DNA of 63,974 bases, filler included, from Piptocephalis cylindrospora (taxonomy: Eukaryota): NCBI GenBank assembly GCA_003614145.1. It is 4 parts of 4 records of this genome, joined end to end, with 100 filler letters (N's around TTAATTAATTAA, not from the genome) between each part and the next. Parts side by side here need not be neighbours in the genome. Positions count along the whole stretch, not along the records: positions 1 to 16,115 come from KZ987873.1; positions 16,216 to 32,317 come from KZ987874.1; 2 more parts are not named here. One strand, given 5' to 3'. Below are positions 12,173 to 23,144 of the stretch, piece by piece (within the stretch, counting starts at the first letter, position 1; every line of letters starts with the position of its first letter). The notes below the pieces were generated by a model that did no database searches, was not told the DNA's origin, and saw nothing but the letters and a program-made list of their open reading frames with translations. The position numbers were made by a program, and so were the translations under genes.

Positions 12173-13735
12173 ATGGTGAACGAATTTCATCCTGTGGTCC
12201 AACCCACTAAACGAAGCAAGCTTTGGGGTTGGCCCGATGCCCTGCGTCTCAAAGGCTCGGTTTTGCCCCATGTTACCCTTCCCGTGTCCTTTATCTTCTT
12301 TTGGTCCCTGCTCATTTCCATTCTCCATGAGCGGGTTGGACTGAAGCTGGAACTCTCTAACAGTGTGGGTAAGTACCTTGGTATTTTTTTTATATTACTC
12401 CTTATTTAAAAGGCTGAGTCGCCTCAGGAATAGGCCACTCTCTTCTTTGTCTCAACCCCCCATCTCCTCCTCCCCCCTCTCCGCTCAGTCACATCTATTT
12501 CTGTGGTTCTGGGTCTTCTCCTAGCCTTCCGAACCAATACGTCCTACGACCGCTTCTGGGAGGGAAGGAAGCTCTTCGCCACCCTCATCACCTCCATCCG
12601 CTGTCTCTCCCGTATCGTGTGGATCGGCGTGTCCCCCGGTATCTCCTCAATCGCGGAGAAGCGCCATTTCCTCGACCTGCTTCTTGCCTATGTTGTGGCA
12701 TGCAAGCACCATCTCCGCGATGAATTCGGAACTCACTTTATCGATCTCGAGCGCCTTCTCCCCCCAGCCTTTCATATGATCCGGAACATTGGCCAGGCTG
12801 AGTGCGCTCGACGGGACTACGACGCCGACATCGAGGTGTACCTTGATCCGGAGGTATGCATGAATCTTCCTCAGGAGATTTTGATGCATATTGGCCTCTA
12901 CCAGGAACGTCTGGCCCAGATCCCTGGGGGTCTCGAGGGCGCCCTTTACGGGACCATGTGTGCTGCCCTGGCCCAAGCCACCGATTGCCTCACCAGCATG
13001 GAGCGGATCCACTCCACACCCATGCCCCCCGCCTATCGGATCCACATGCGTCAGTCTCTCATGGTCTACTGCCTCCTTCTCCCCTTTACCTTTGTCGATA
13101 CTCTGGGCATTTACACGGCCTTTATCATCCTCGTCATTGCCTTTGTCCTCCTCGGTATCCAAGAAGTCGGGTCCGAAATCGAGGATCCCTTTGGCTATGA
13201 CCCCAATGACATCCCTTTGGATGAATATTGTGAGGAGCTTCGCCTAGAGCTCCGCTATCTGGTTGCCCGTGTCCCTCAGCGTCTGACCTCGGCCTTGGAG
13301 GATCGGGAGGATGTCACATCATGCAACTCGGAAGACTCTGGCGCCGCCCCCAATGCCCCTATCCGTGCCCCTACCCTCCCCCCAAAGGATGCCCTCGAGG
13401 AGATCCTTCAACCCACCCCTAATGGTAGCAATTTTACCGGAACTGGCAAGGACTCTGGAAATAGTAAATCGGGGAGTGGCTCAAAGGTTTCCTGGGATCC
13501 CAAGACTTCGGGTGATGCCAAGGTCTCTGAGGCTGGAAATGTCCCTACTGCTGCTGCCGGCGCTAGTGATGCCCCTGCTGCCTCTAGCAAGACCCCTGAG
13601 GCTTCCAAGGACGCTAAGGCCGCCAAGGATGCCCAGGTCGCCAAGGATACCGAGGCCGTTGCCTCTATGCAACAAAATCTCCAAAGCGCCGTGGACCAAA
13701 CCACTCGGAGTGTCCCCCGGAGTGACACTAGCTAG
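12173..13735 (+). CDS. Bestrophin / UPF0187 (YneE-like) anion channel, copy 1
   Basis: One intron at 12369-12488. Motifs LGLLLAFRTNTSYDRFWEGRK, TPMPPAYRIH and EIEDPFGYDPNDIPLD. Confidence 0.92.
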
Positions 13736-14025
13736 GCTCGCCCAGCATTCCTTTCTACCTGATTCTTCTCGATAGATAATGATACTATATCTACCGTGTA
13801 TGAAGTCAACCGATGGGGTAGGATTCAATGGAATCAGATTTTCGTAGTGAATGAATGTCTTTAGCAGATTGAATCATATTGAAATAGGCTTTGCTCGCTC
13901 TAAGGCAAACACAAATTTGATCCGTTTACTGCGCACAAGATAAAGACCCTTTCAGTGGGAATAAAAGTCCGCATTCATATCGCCCTCATCCCCTTCCTCT
14001 CACGCCTCCTCGCACTCAGACAGGA

Positions 14026-15087
14026 TTACAAGGTCAGGGCAGAGGAGACAAGGCCTGTTTGGCCAGTGGAGCGGTGAGATTGATGATGAAGGATATCGCC
14101 ATGCTCGGGGACCCGGGAAGCCAGGTACCGAAATTCGAGTCGAAGCTCATCGCAATAGTAGTCGATGGGCAGGTCATTCTTGTCATACCCAAAGGGATTC
14201 TCAATCTCCAAGGCAATACTCTCGATACCAAAAAGGGTAAAGGCCACGACACCCATAATGAAGGGAGTAACGATGCCAAGCTCATCGACCAAGGTAAAAG
14301 GGAGGAGGAGGCAGTAGAGGAAGAGGGACTGCTTCAAATGGATGCTATAGGAGATAGGAATGGGGGTGGACCGGATGCGCTCGAGGACCGAGAGGCAGTC
14401 TGTGGCCAGGGTGAGGGCAGCAAAGAAGTTGGCGTAGCAGGGTACGTCCATGCCCTTGAGATCGTACACCCTCTGCTGGTAGAGGCCGAGGTAATAGGAG
14501 ATTTCCAGGGGAAGATTCATGGTGCGGTCGGGATTGAGGCTAAAGTTACCCGCCAGCCCAGTGTATTGGGCCTGAATCTCATACTCGCCTTGGCAATTCT
14601 CCGCGTCCTTGATCTGCTCTGGAAGCAGGTGCTCCAGATCGGGATAGTTGGTCCCGTACTCCTCCCTCAAATGATGCTTGATGGAGACAACGTAGGCGAG
14701 GAGTAGGTCGAGGAACTGACGCTTCTCTTGACTGCTTGACACCTTGGGCGAAACTCCCAGCCATACATACCGAGACATAGTGCGCGCGGAGGTAAGGAGG
14801 GTAGCAAAGGTCTTACGCCCCTCCCAGTACCTATCATACGCTGTATTCGTCCGGAAAACGAGTAAAAGACCCAGGACCACCGACAAAGACGGAATAATCA
14901 CTGCGGGGAGTCCAATGGCGTTGGGCACAAAGACGTCAATAGCAAGGACAAAGAAGGTCCAGCCCACCAACAGAGCCACCTTCGGGAAGACGTTGGGGAT
15001 AATGGAACCACGGACTTTGGTAACATCCGGCCATCCCGGGTAGTCACCGTAATCGATGGCGTGGTACCTGCTATACTCGTTGGACAT
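14026..15087 (-). CDS. Bestrophin / UPF0187 anion channel, copy 2 (no intron seen)
   Basis: Motifs LGLLLVFRTNTAYDRYWEGRK, TPIPISYSIH and EIENPFGYDKNDLPID. The ATG at 15087 (MSNEYSRY) follows a CT-rich leader. Confidence 0.92.
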   Translation of the reverse strand: MSNEYSRYHAIDYGDYPGWPDVTKVRGSIIPNVFPKVALLVGWTFFVLAIDVFVPNAIGLPAVIIPSLSVVLGLLLVFRTNTAYDRYWEGRKTFATLLTSARTMSRYVWLGVSPKVSSSQEKRQFLDLLLAYVVSIKHHLREEYGTNYPDLEHLLPEQIKDAENCQGEYEIQAQYTGLAGNFSLNPDRTMNLPLEISYYLGLYQQRVYDLKGMDVPCYANFFAALTLATDCLSVLERIRSTPIPISYSIHLKQSLFLYCLLLPFTLVDELGIVTPFIMGVVAFTLFGIESIALEIENPFGYDKNDLPIDYYCDELRLEFRYLASRVPEHGDILHHQSHRSTGQTGLVSSALTL

Positions 15088-16115
15088 GGGGAGATGAAAT
15101 AGGGGAGGGGGGGAGGGGTAAATGCAGAAGGAAAGGAGGAATGACAATGAGTATAGAGCAAGAGGGGGAGAGGGGAGAACCAAGTGTGAGGAAGGGCGCT
15201 GGGGGAAGAACGAGGGAGGAGGCGGAAGAAGTGAGCAGGGGTCGGAGAAGACGCGATGTCGGGAAGATGAGGTGCGGAGTGTCAAAAGCAAGAGGAGGTG
15301 TGGTTGGTGGACAGGCTATGGCTAAGATGGAAGTGGGCAGTGTTCGGAAGTGGTGCTCAGGGATGACGCCAAGCACCTGTCCAGCATAGTAGGGGAGAAG
15401 GTGGGTGGCTGGAGGAGTGAGGAGCTTGTGGCTCCCACTCAGGGAACGCACCAACCGATGTAAAGTACATTGTTGGGAATTAGCGGACCAAACGAGATGA
15501 CGGTCTGAATTTAAAGTAGTCTATGAGAGTGGATGGGAGGAAAGTGGCCATGCCAAGCAATTAGCTTGCACCACCCGAGATGGAGATGATCATGAAAGAA
15601 AAGGCGGTACTTCCTCTGGGGATGCCTCCCTCAGCGGGAGATAAATGATGATTGCAATTCAAAGAGACACCATGAAACAATAAGTGAATATAGCATAGCT
15701 GGAGTTGAGAAATATTATGGAAGGTGGGGGGATCCCTTCAAGGAAATGAGAGTATATCCAGGCTATTATTGAGTATTTTTCTAAAGTGGGGGCGATATCC
15801 GCTTCCTGTATGCTATACTCATAGATGATGACTATGTGACAAGCACAACTCTGTCTCATCACACAAAGCCCATTTTTTTGTACCAGGACACTGAAAGGAC
15901 GGGGGGAGGTGAATAGAGGGTATATCAGTATCAATAGCTCCAGCACTTGGATGTCTCACAAGGAACCTAGCCATAGAGTGAGAAACCAAGCAAGAACACT
16001 AAACATGGATCCTGAGGATCCTGTGGGTCAGGTGGCCATGTTGCCTGTGGTCATTGTCTCGGATGAGTGGAGAAGCCTCTCTCACGGCTATACACATATG
16101 TATGGGCATCCTCTA

Positions 16116-16215
16116 NNNNNNNNNNNNNNNNNNNNNNNNNNNNNNNNNNNNNNNNNNNNTTAATTAATTAANNNNNNNNNNNNNNNNNNNNNNNNNNNNN
16201 NNNNNNNNNNNNNNN
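16116..16215. other. Artificial contig linker (N44-TTAATTAATTAA-N44)
   Basis: Six-frame stop linker embedded in Ns. Confidence 0.97.
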
Positions 16216-17527
16216 ATGATGCAGAGTTTAGTGACGTTATCCAGCATGCCTGTCCTGGTCCTGGCGCATGCGGTGGCATGTACACTGCTAATACCAGTGA
16301 GTATGGATTTAGAGAAAAGGGGGAGGAGGGGAAGGACTGAGAGGGAAAATCCGCCTTGCTCAATCCACTCTCCATTCACTGTCGGTAGTGGCAAGCGCCA
16401 TCGAGGCTATGGGCATGGCCTTGCCTTACAGCTCCTCTACCCCCGCTCAAGATCCCGCAAAATTGGCCGAGTGTGACAGGGCCGGTCAAGTCATCCGCCT
16501 CCTTCTGGAGCGTGATATCAAACCCAGGGACATTATGACCCGGGAGGCCTTTGAAAATGCCATCGTCCTTACCATGGCCCTTGGAGGTGAGTCAACCTTG
16601 TCAAGAGCGCACAAAACCATCCTCTCATGATCACTCACCCTATTCCTCACACCAGGATCCACCAATGCCGTTCTTCACCTCATTGCCATGGCAAGATCCG
16701 TGAACGTCCCCCTAGATCTGGATGATTTCCAGCGCATCTCCGACAAGACCCCCTTCATCGCCGATTTGAAGCCCAGCGGTAAATACGTCATGGCCGATCT
16801 GCACAAGGTGGGCGGAACCCCCGCGGTCCTCAAGTACCTCCTCGGGGAAGGCCTTCTCCACGGCCAGACCTTGACCGTTACAGGCAAGACCCTGGAAGAG
16901 AACCTCCGGGAGGTGGACGACCTATCCAAAGGTCAATCCATCATCTTTCCTCTGTCCGACCCTATTAAGTCCTCTGGACATCTCCAGATTCTTCGGGGTA
17001 ATCTGGCCCCCGAAGGCAGCGTGGCCAAGGTCACTGGGAAGGAGGGTCTTCGGTTTGAAGGTGTGGCCAAATGCTTTGACAGTGAGGAGGCCATGCTTGC
17101 TGCTCTCGAACGAGGAAATGGAGAGATTTGCGCTGGCCAGGTCATCATCATCCGGTACGAAGGACCCAAGGGGGGACCCGGCATGCCTGAAATGCTCACC
17201 CCCACCAGCGCCATCATGGGTGCCGGTCTGGGCAAGCAAGTAGCCCTCCTCACCGACGGTCGTTTCTCCGGCGGTAGTCACGGGTTCATCGTGGGCCACA
17301 TTACTCCCGAGGCCCAAGTTGGCGGCCCCATTGCCCTGGTCGAGGATGGGGACCCCATCGTCATTGATTGTGAATCCAGGGAGATGACCCTTAACGTCGA
17401 TCAGGACACTTGGGACCAGCGTAAGGCCGCTTGGAAGGCCCCTCCTCTCAAGGTCACCCGAGGCACCCTACACAAGTACATCAAGAGTGTCTCTTCGGCC
17501 TCTTTGGGCTGCGTGACGGATGAGTAG
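16216..17527 (+). CDS. ILV3: Dihydroxy-acid dehydratase, 5' end truncated by contig edge
   Basis: Motifs [50 protein letters not shown] and C-terminal GCVTDE. Introns at 16297-16388 and 16587-16655. Confidence 0.96.
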
Positions 17528-17709
17528 TTGATACCGTGTTCCTCTAGTCGAGAGTAAAGGGATAGTGAGGAGAGGATGAGATAGGTAGGAGAATGGGAAA
17601 AAAAGTAGAGTTTTTGAGTCTTTATATTCCCTTGTCTGAATATCATATCATGCATAAGGCCACATTAGTACATACCCTGAAAAGGGGCATGGATAAGCGC
17701 CGTAGCACT

Positions 17710-19270
17710 CTATCCATTTATCACCCTATCCCTCATCTCCTCTTTACCCATGGGATAGCTCAGGGGCATCATGGGATCAAAGGAGTACACATAGATCTCC
17801 AGGCCATCTCTTGTCATAAAATAGATGCATCGACCATCCATGGCTAAATTATATGCGGAAGGCTCGAAAAGCAATTGGATCGGCCTCAGCGACCTCGGAG
17901 AAGCCCGACGGTTGATCATACTAAGAGTCCGGCCCGCTTCTTCCTCGGACCAAGTAAGGACCAAGGCTCGATCATGGTTCATGACAGCAACCACGGCCGA
18001 TCTTCCCAGGGAATCCTCTATAATCTCCAGCCCCATGACCTTCCATCGAGCATCCCCCTTGTCGTTCACCTCCTCCTGGAGAATGTACGCCTTCCCTGCC
18101 ATGCATACATACGTCTCCCTTTTGTCCTCGAGCCGTCGACCAGAGGAGAAAAAAAAGCGGGGCTCAAGCAGTGTCTCCTCAAGCTCTACACCCTCCCCCA
18201 AGTCCGGGACATCCCCTTCCAGGAGTATATCCTGAATGCGAGCCCCAGACTCCCCATCATACACCCAGATCCTATGATGCCCTATCATGACCATGACATG
18301 CTGTACCACCGGTAGGTCCCCCTGGGGCCTAGGTCGTGGGATAAGTAGGGTATCCCTTAAGTTGAATAGCTCTTGATCCTCTACTTTCCACCGTAAAATC
18401 TCCTTCCCTCCTTTATGCTCCCATACCGATAGATGCTCGTTTCTACGAATAGTCACATACACATCCCCAAGAATTGTGACGGGTATTTCGTATCCTTGCG
18501 AGAAATTCCAAGGTTGATGGAAGAGAGGGTACCGACGCTGAGACCCTTCCCCCTCTTGTGAGTTCGAGGCTGGTGGGGTCAATGTCCAAAAGGAGATCCC
18601 TTTATCCGCTGCCCAAGCCACTAGGCGACGGCCGGAGGGACACAGATAGAACCATTTTTTTCCCGGTCCAAACGGAAGGTACATCTCCAAGGAGAATGAC
18701 ATAGTCCCATCAGCGCTCTGCTTCCACCTCCATACTTCCATTAACATTGCAGCGGACAGTGTGACCATTACTTCTCCAGCAACCCGAAATCGATGGATGG
18801 GACCATTTTTCCTCGCCCTTTGGATGTTATTGATATGTTCCACGACGACTCCTCTTGCGAGGATATCCAGGAAATACCATGAACAAGGCCTTCCTCGCCT
18901 CCATCGTTCCTCCCTTTCCATCTGAATGGAAAGATGACTCCATCTGGACATGCTCTCTTGAGGAATTTTTATACCATCAACAATTTCCCCAACGCTAGCA
19001 ATCCATGGATCCAGTACCGCCCTGTCTTCCACTAATTCAGTCCAACGACGACAAGTTTGACGAAGATGCACTAAGGATGGGTAATCAAGATAGGAAAGCA
19101 CCAAGAGGACCAGTTCAAAAGGAAGGTATCGAGAAGGGTCGATCTTTTTATGGCTACTTGCCCTAACAAGACATGCACTATCCGAAATTAGGTGTGGGGT
19201 AGAGTATAAGACTACATTGGCACTTTACTTCTTGGCTATACCCGTGATCTATTCACCTTAAAGTATCCAT
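17710..19270 (-). CDS. F-box protein with a beta-rich, degenerate propeller-like C-terminus
   Basis: F-box LPFELVLLVLSYLDYPSLVHLRQTCRRWTELV. The start is inferred from a short exon ATG GAT ACT TTA AG|gtgaat spliced in frame at ttgttag. Confidence 0.75.
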
Positions 19271-21884
19271 CTCGGATAACTTTGCTATGACTTCTGCGTA
19301 TTCAACCTCGTTCAGTGTCATAGATCTGTTCTTGATGGGACGTTGGGGGGAGATGGGGGAAAAGGTAAGAAGGAAGGAAAGAAGAAGGTATGGGAAAAGG
19401 AAAAGTGGAGGTAGCCATCTCCCTGACTTGTTCCCACGCCCCCATCAATCATTAAACTATAAGCCCACACTAAGGCCTTCCTTGAATGCACAAAGCCAGG
19501 GCTATCTGAATTGTTCAATGAGTGAAAACAGGCTGAATCCCAATACCCCACATATTCAACAAGCGCGATCGGAGAACTAGGGGGGGGGGGGGGGGAAGGG
19601 GAAAATTTTTTTAGGCAACAAAACCTCCCAAAATATGAACTTGAGCCCCTCCTTTTTTCAAAAAAAAAAACATTTTTTCTCCCCCTTCCTTTTTTCTTCT
19701 GGTGGTCGTACCGCGCTCGAGACAAAGCATGTATTAAAACAAAAAAACATGAGAAATTTAAGTGGATTCTCACAACAATGAAAATGAGCTGGTGGTATCC
19801 AGGTCCTGGTCTTCGCTTGAAGCATCTTTAAACAAAGTGAAACATACCAAATGCCAACATATATGCTTAAAGGGTATTATACCCTCGTTAAATAAAATAC
19901 ATATGGCCGCCGCTCTACGACAAATCAGAAAATTACCTTCATCCCCTTCCCAGCTCCCTCTGGTACAAGCCAAGTAATCATAAGCACCCATTTTGTACGT
20001 CGGGTCTAATGTGAGAGTGCCCCTTAGCTGATAAATTCCCATTCCCTCTTTCCATCTCTCTCTCGGTCCTTTTCTTATCAATTGTTTCCTTATCTCAAAC
20101 CTCCACTCCTCCTATAGCCGAAGTAATTCATCCCATGACAAGTACCAGGGGCACACGTATCATCACTCACGCTGCACCTTTCGCATCATCAACCGAACCC
20201 CCTCCCAAAGCCCACTGGGAATCCTCCGTGTTCTAGTTTTCCCCAAGGAAACATAACTTCAATTGGAGATATTGACTATTGTTGAAAAGAATATATGATC
20301 CAATATATAGGGCCTTAAGGAGAATGCGGCCAAAAATTGCACTATCTTATCAATCATAATGGTACAGCGAGGCCATGCCTAGCTCTACATGTAGCAAGGA
20401 AAGGTGCTTTGACCTCGTGACTGTATTTTCTATATTATAGTCAAGGATGGAGGAGCATTAAGGGAAGGGGAAAGGGAAAGGCGAGTCTCTATAATACTCT
20501 TCACCCATCGCATCCGTTTCCCTGCTTTACAGTATGGGCACGGGCACTCGGGACGGATCATTCGTCAATGCTATCCGGATTGATTCTAAAAGAGACGGCA
20601 TCATGGTCGGAGAGGTCTACTGCAATCAATTGGGCAAGGAGAATGTCGGAAAGGATGGTGCGTTGCAGCGTGTGGGTATTCGCATGAGGATTTAGACAGA
20701 CGACGATGAAAATCACGATCTGAATCCTCCATAAGCTCTAAGAAGAAGGAAGGACAATGACAAGATGAGAGCTTTCGTCCTCATACTAGTCCTGATGGAA
20801 TTTCGCGCAAGCAGAAGATTCCCAGTCTCCTTGAGTCCTGCTCGTTTGCAAAAAGCACCGCAGAGGGTACATTCATCCCCCTCAAACCCAATCCACATCT
20901 CAGAGGGAGAGGAGAAGAATGATGAACTCGGCTGATGAATGATCCGTCTCTCCACCTCAAAAGGCTCTCGCTTTCTGGTCATATCTTAGTATCACTCCCT
21001 CCACTACCTATGCACTCGTCAGTTAGCTACCTGGCGAGAGCGTCATAACCAACATGGCAGGAGCATAAAAGAGGGTATATTTGACTTTCCATTATCTCGA
21101 GATATCGTTAATCAAGGAAAATTCGGTAGATTAAGAAAGAAAGAAAAATATAGATAATGGCAATGGCATGAGGAGAGCATGATCACCGAAACGGAGAAGG
21201 AGATATCCAGAAGATTCAGTCTTCTAGAACAGATGGTATCGTCTTATGATGATGACCTGGATGGCCGGCCCATCGGGTCCTAAAGGTTCTCCAGAGTTCT
21301 CTGAGATATCATTCATATCTTCCCTAAAGCCCCGGAGGAAAGTCCTCGAGAAACAGCGTTTTTTTTTTAGCTGCTAATTCTGCGGGTCGTAGCCCATCGA
21401 ATGCTTATTCTTCTCGGTATATTGTGCCCTTAATGAATCGGCTACCGCTCGAAGTATATAAATTCTGGTCATTGTGTAAATGACTGATGGACAATGCTGT
21501 CAAAGGCCTAACTGTATCTATTCTCATGGTGAAACAAATAGCGCTGTCACAAAGTCTGCTCACATAGTATACGGCCGTATGACCTTGAAGCGCACACCTC
21601 CTGGTCTAATTCTGATAATACCCGCCAATCTCCGACGCTCAAGTAGTCTGCCATCGAACCTTCTTGCCTTCCATCCGTGTCTATTACCATGGCATCCTGG
21701 GGCTAGAAGTAATAACTAGGCTAGATTAGACACAGATAAAAAGGCCAATAATGCTATCATTCACCTTTACCTCTCCTCCCTTCACCCCTCCTCCCTTCCT
21801 GCTCTTTACCCGCACAATCACCCAGTCCCATCACCTCCTCCCCCTCTTCTCCCTCTCCTTCTTCCCCTCCTCCTCCTCCCCAAC

Positions 21885-22721
21885 ATGCACCTCCTCACCC
21901 TCTCTACCCTGATCGTGCTGGCCACGCTCACTGTCCTTATTGGACAGACCCCCGTCCAGGGTAATATAACGGACCTCCGCCCTGAGCTGCAAGAGAGGCT
22001 CAGCTCAAGTAAAGTCATCATCAAAAAGACCATTAAGACCCCACTTGGGACGATGATCCCAGAGGCGTCCAGCTGCGAGTCAGCGACCAGGGATAATGAT
22101 GATGGCCCGAATGAGTGCGACCTAAATGCCGGGCTAGAGCGGGCGGATAAATTCGAATACCATACCTCCGTGTCCAATTTCGCGACGGATCGGACGGACC
22201 CGAAAGATCCGAGGAATCGGACGGCCGGGCATCCGGTAGTTCGTTCCAAGCCTTTAAAGACCATCTCAGTTGAAAACGATCAAGTTAAAATGATAGAATA
22301 TAATGGCATCCCACCCCTCTACTTCTACAGATACTACAGGCTAAACATGGTGGGAGTCCCATGGATCGGTCAGGACCTCTACACCTTCCAAATGGAGCCG
22401 AAGGATCATCCTGGGCAGTGTATCACCAGCTGGGGTGTCAAGGACAGCACACAATACCCATATGCTGACTTAACCCTAAGCAACTGTGATACCCCCAACC
22501 TTCCTGAGGGTGATGATTTAACCATGCAGAACTCCACTACGACCGATCCTGTGCGTCAGTGGCTCAGTACCCATTTTGTTGAGACCCTAGACGGGAAATC
22601 CCGAGGCCATCTTAACGGGGTCGGCGATCTGATGTCCGGGTACTGGACATGCGCTGATAGCCTAGGTCGATCCGCCCGGTGTGAGGATATTGACAGCCAG
22701 GTGTGGGACAACAGGCCTTGA
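21885..22721 (+). CDS. Secreted protein with a ricin-B/beta-trefoil-lectin-like C-terminal region, 278 aa
   Basis: Signal peptide MHLLTLSTLIVLATLTVLIG. Cys and Q-W patterns GQCITSWG, LTLSNCD, VRQW and ARCEDIDSQVW. Confidence 0.65.
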   Translation: MHLLTLSTLIVLATLTVLIGQTPVQGNITDLRPELQERLSSSKVIIKKTIKTPLGTMIPEASSCESATRDNDDGPNECDLNAGLERADKFEYHTSVSNFATDRTDPKDPRNRTAGHPVVRSKPLKTISVENDQVKMIEYNGIPPLYFYRYYRLNMVGVPWIGQDLYTFQMEPKDHPGQCITSWGVKDSTQYPYADLTLSNCDTPNLPEGDDLTMQNSTTTDPVRQWLSTHFVETLDGKSRGHLNGVGDLMSGYWTCADSLGRSARCEDIDSQVWDNRP

Positions 22722-23144
22722 ACAGTAGGGTATTTTGCTTGCGTCATGCGAGCCACCTCTTTAGGCTGCTCCCAAGGGACGTCTACTTTCCCCCCCAGGC
22801 AGTAATGCACATCTTTTCTTGCGCTGCAATCCTTTCTGTGTTGTTAGGCCTTGGCCAACAATCCTCTCTCGCACATGCCGTCAAATATGCATCGAAAATA
22901 GACCAAGTTTTCCAGTTTACAACACGCCCCGTCTCAAGGCACGCACAGACACGCACACAGACGCGCTCACCTATCCTAGGCACACGCGCATTCCGCAAAT
23001 CCAAACACACACACAATCGCAGACACACACACGCGCGTATAAAAGCATGGACAGGGCCCTGCTGGGGACGCGTTCCCCCACAGGTTCCCTCAGCTCTCTT
23101 CCCTTCTCATTTTCTCCCCCTCCCTTCATCAGCATGCCCAAAGC

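Noticed and set aside
16160..16171. TTAATTAATTAA palindrome recurring about every 16 kb
   Set aside because: It sits inside N runs and is identical each time, so it is an artificial stop linker.
19577..19700. G15 and A/T homopolymer cluster with a weak inverted match
   Set aside because: Low complexity and imperfect; probably poor-quality consensus.
19900..21320. Short exon-like fragments on both strands
   Set aside because: I could not assemble a coherent spliced frame or recognise a motif.
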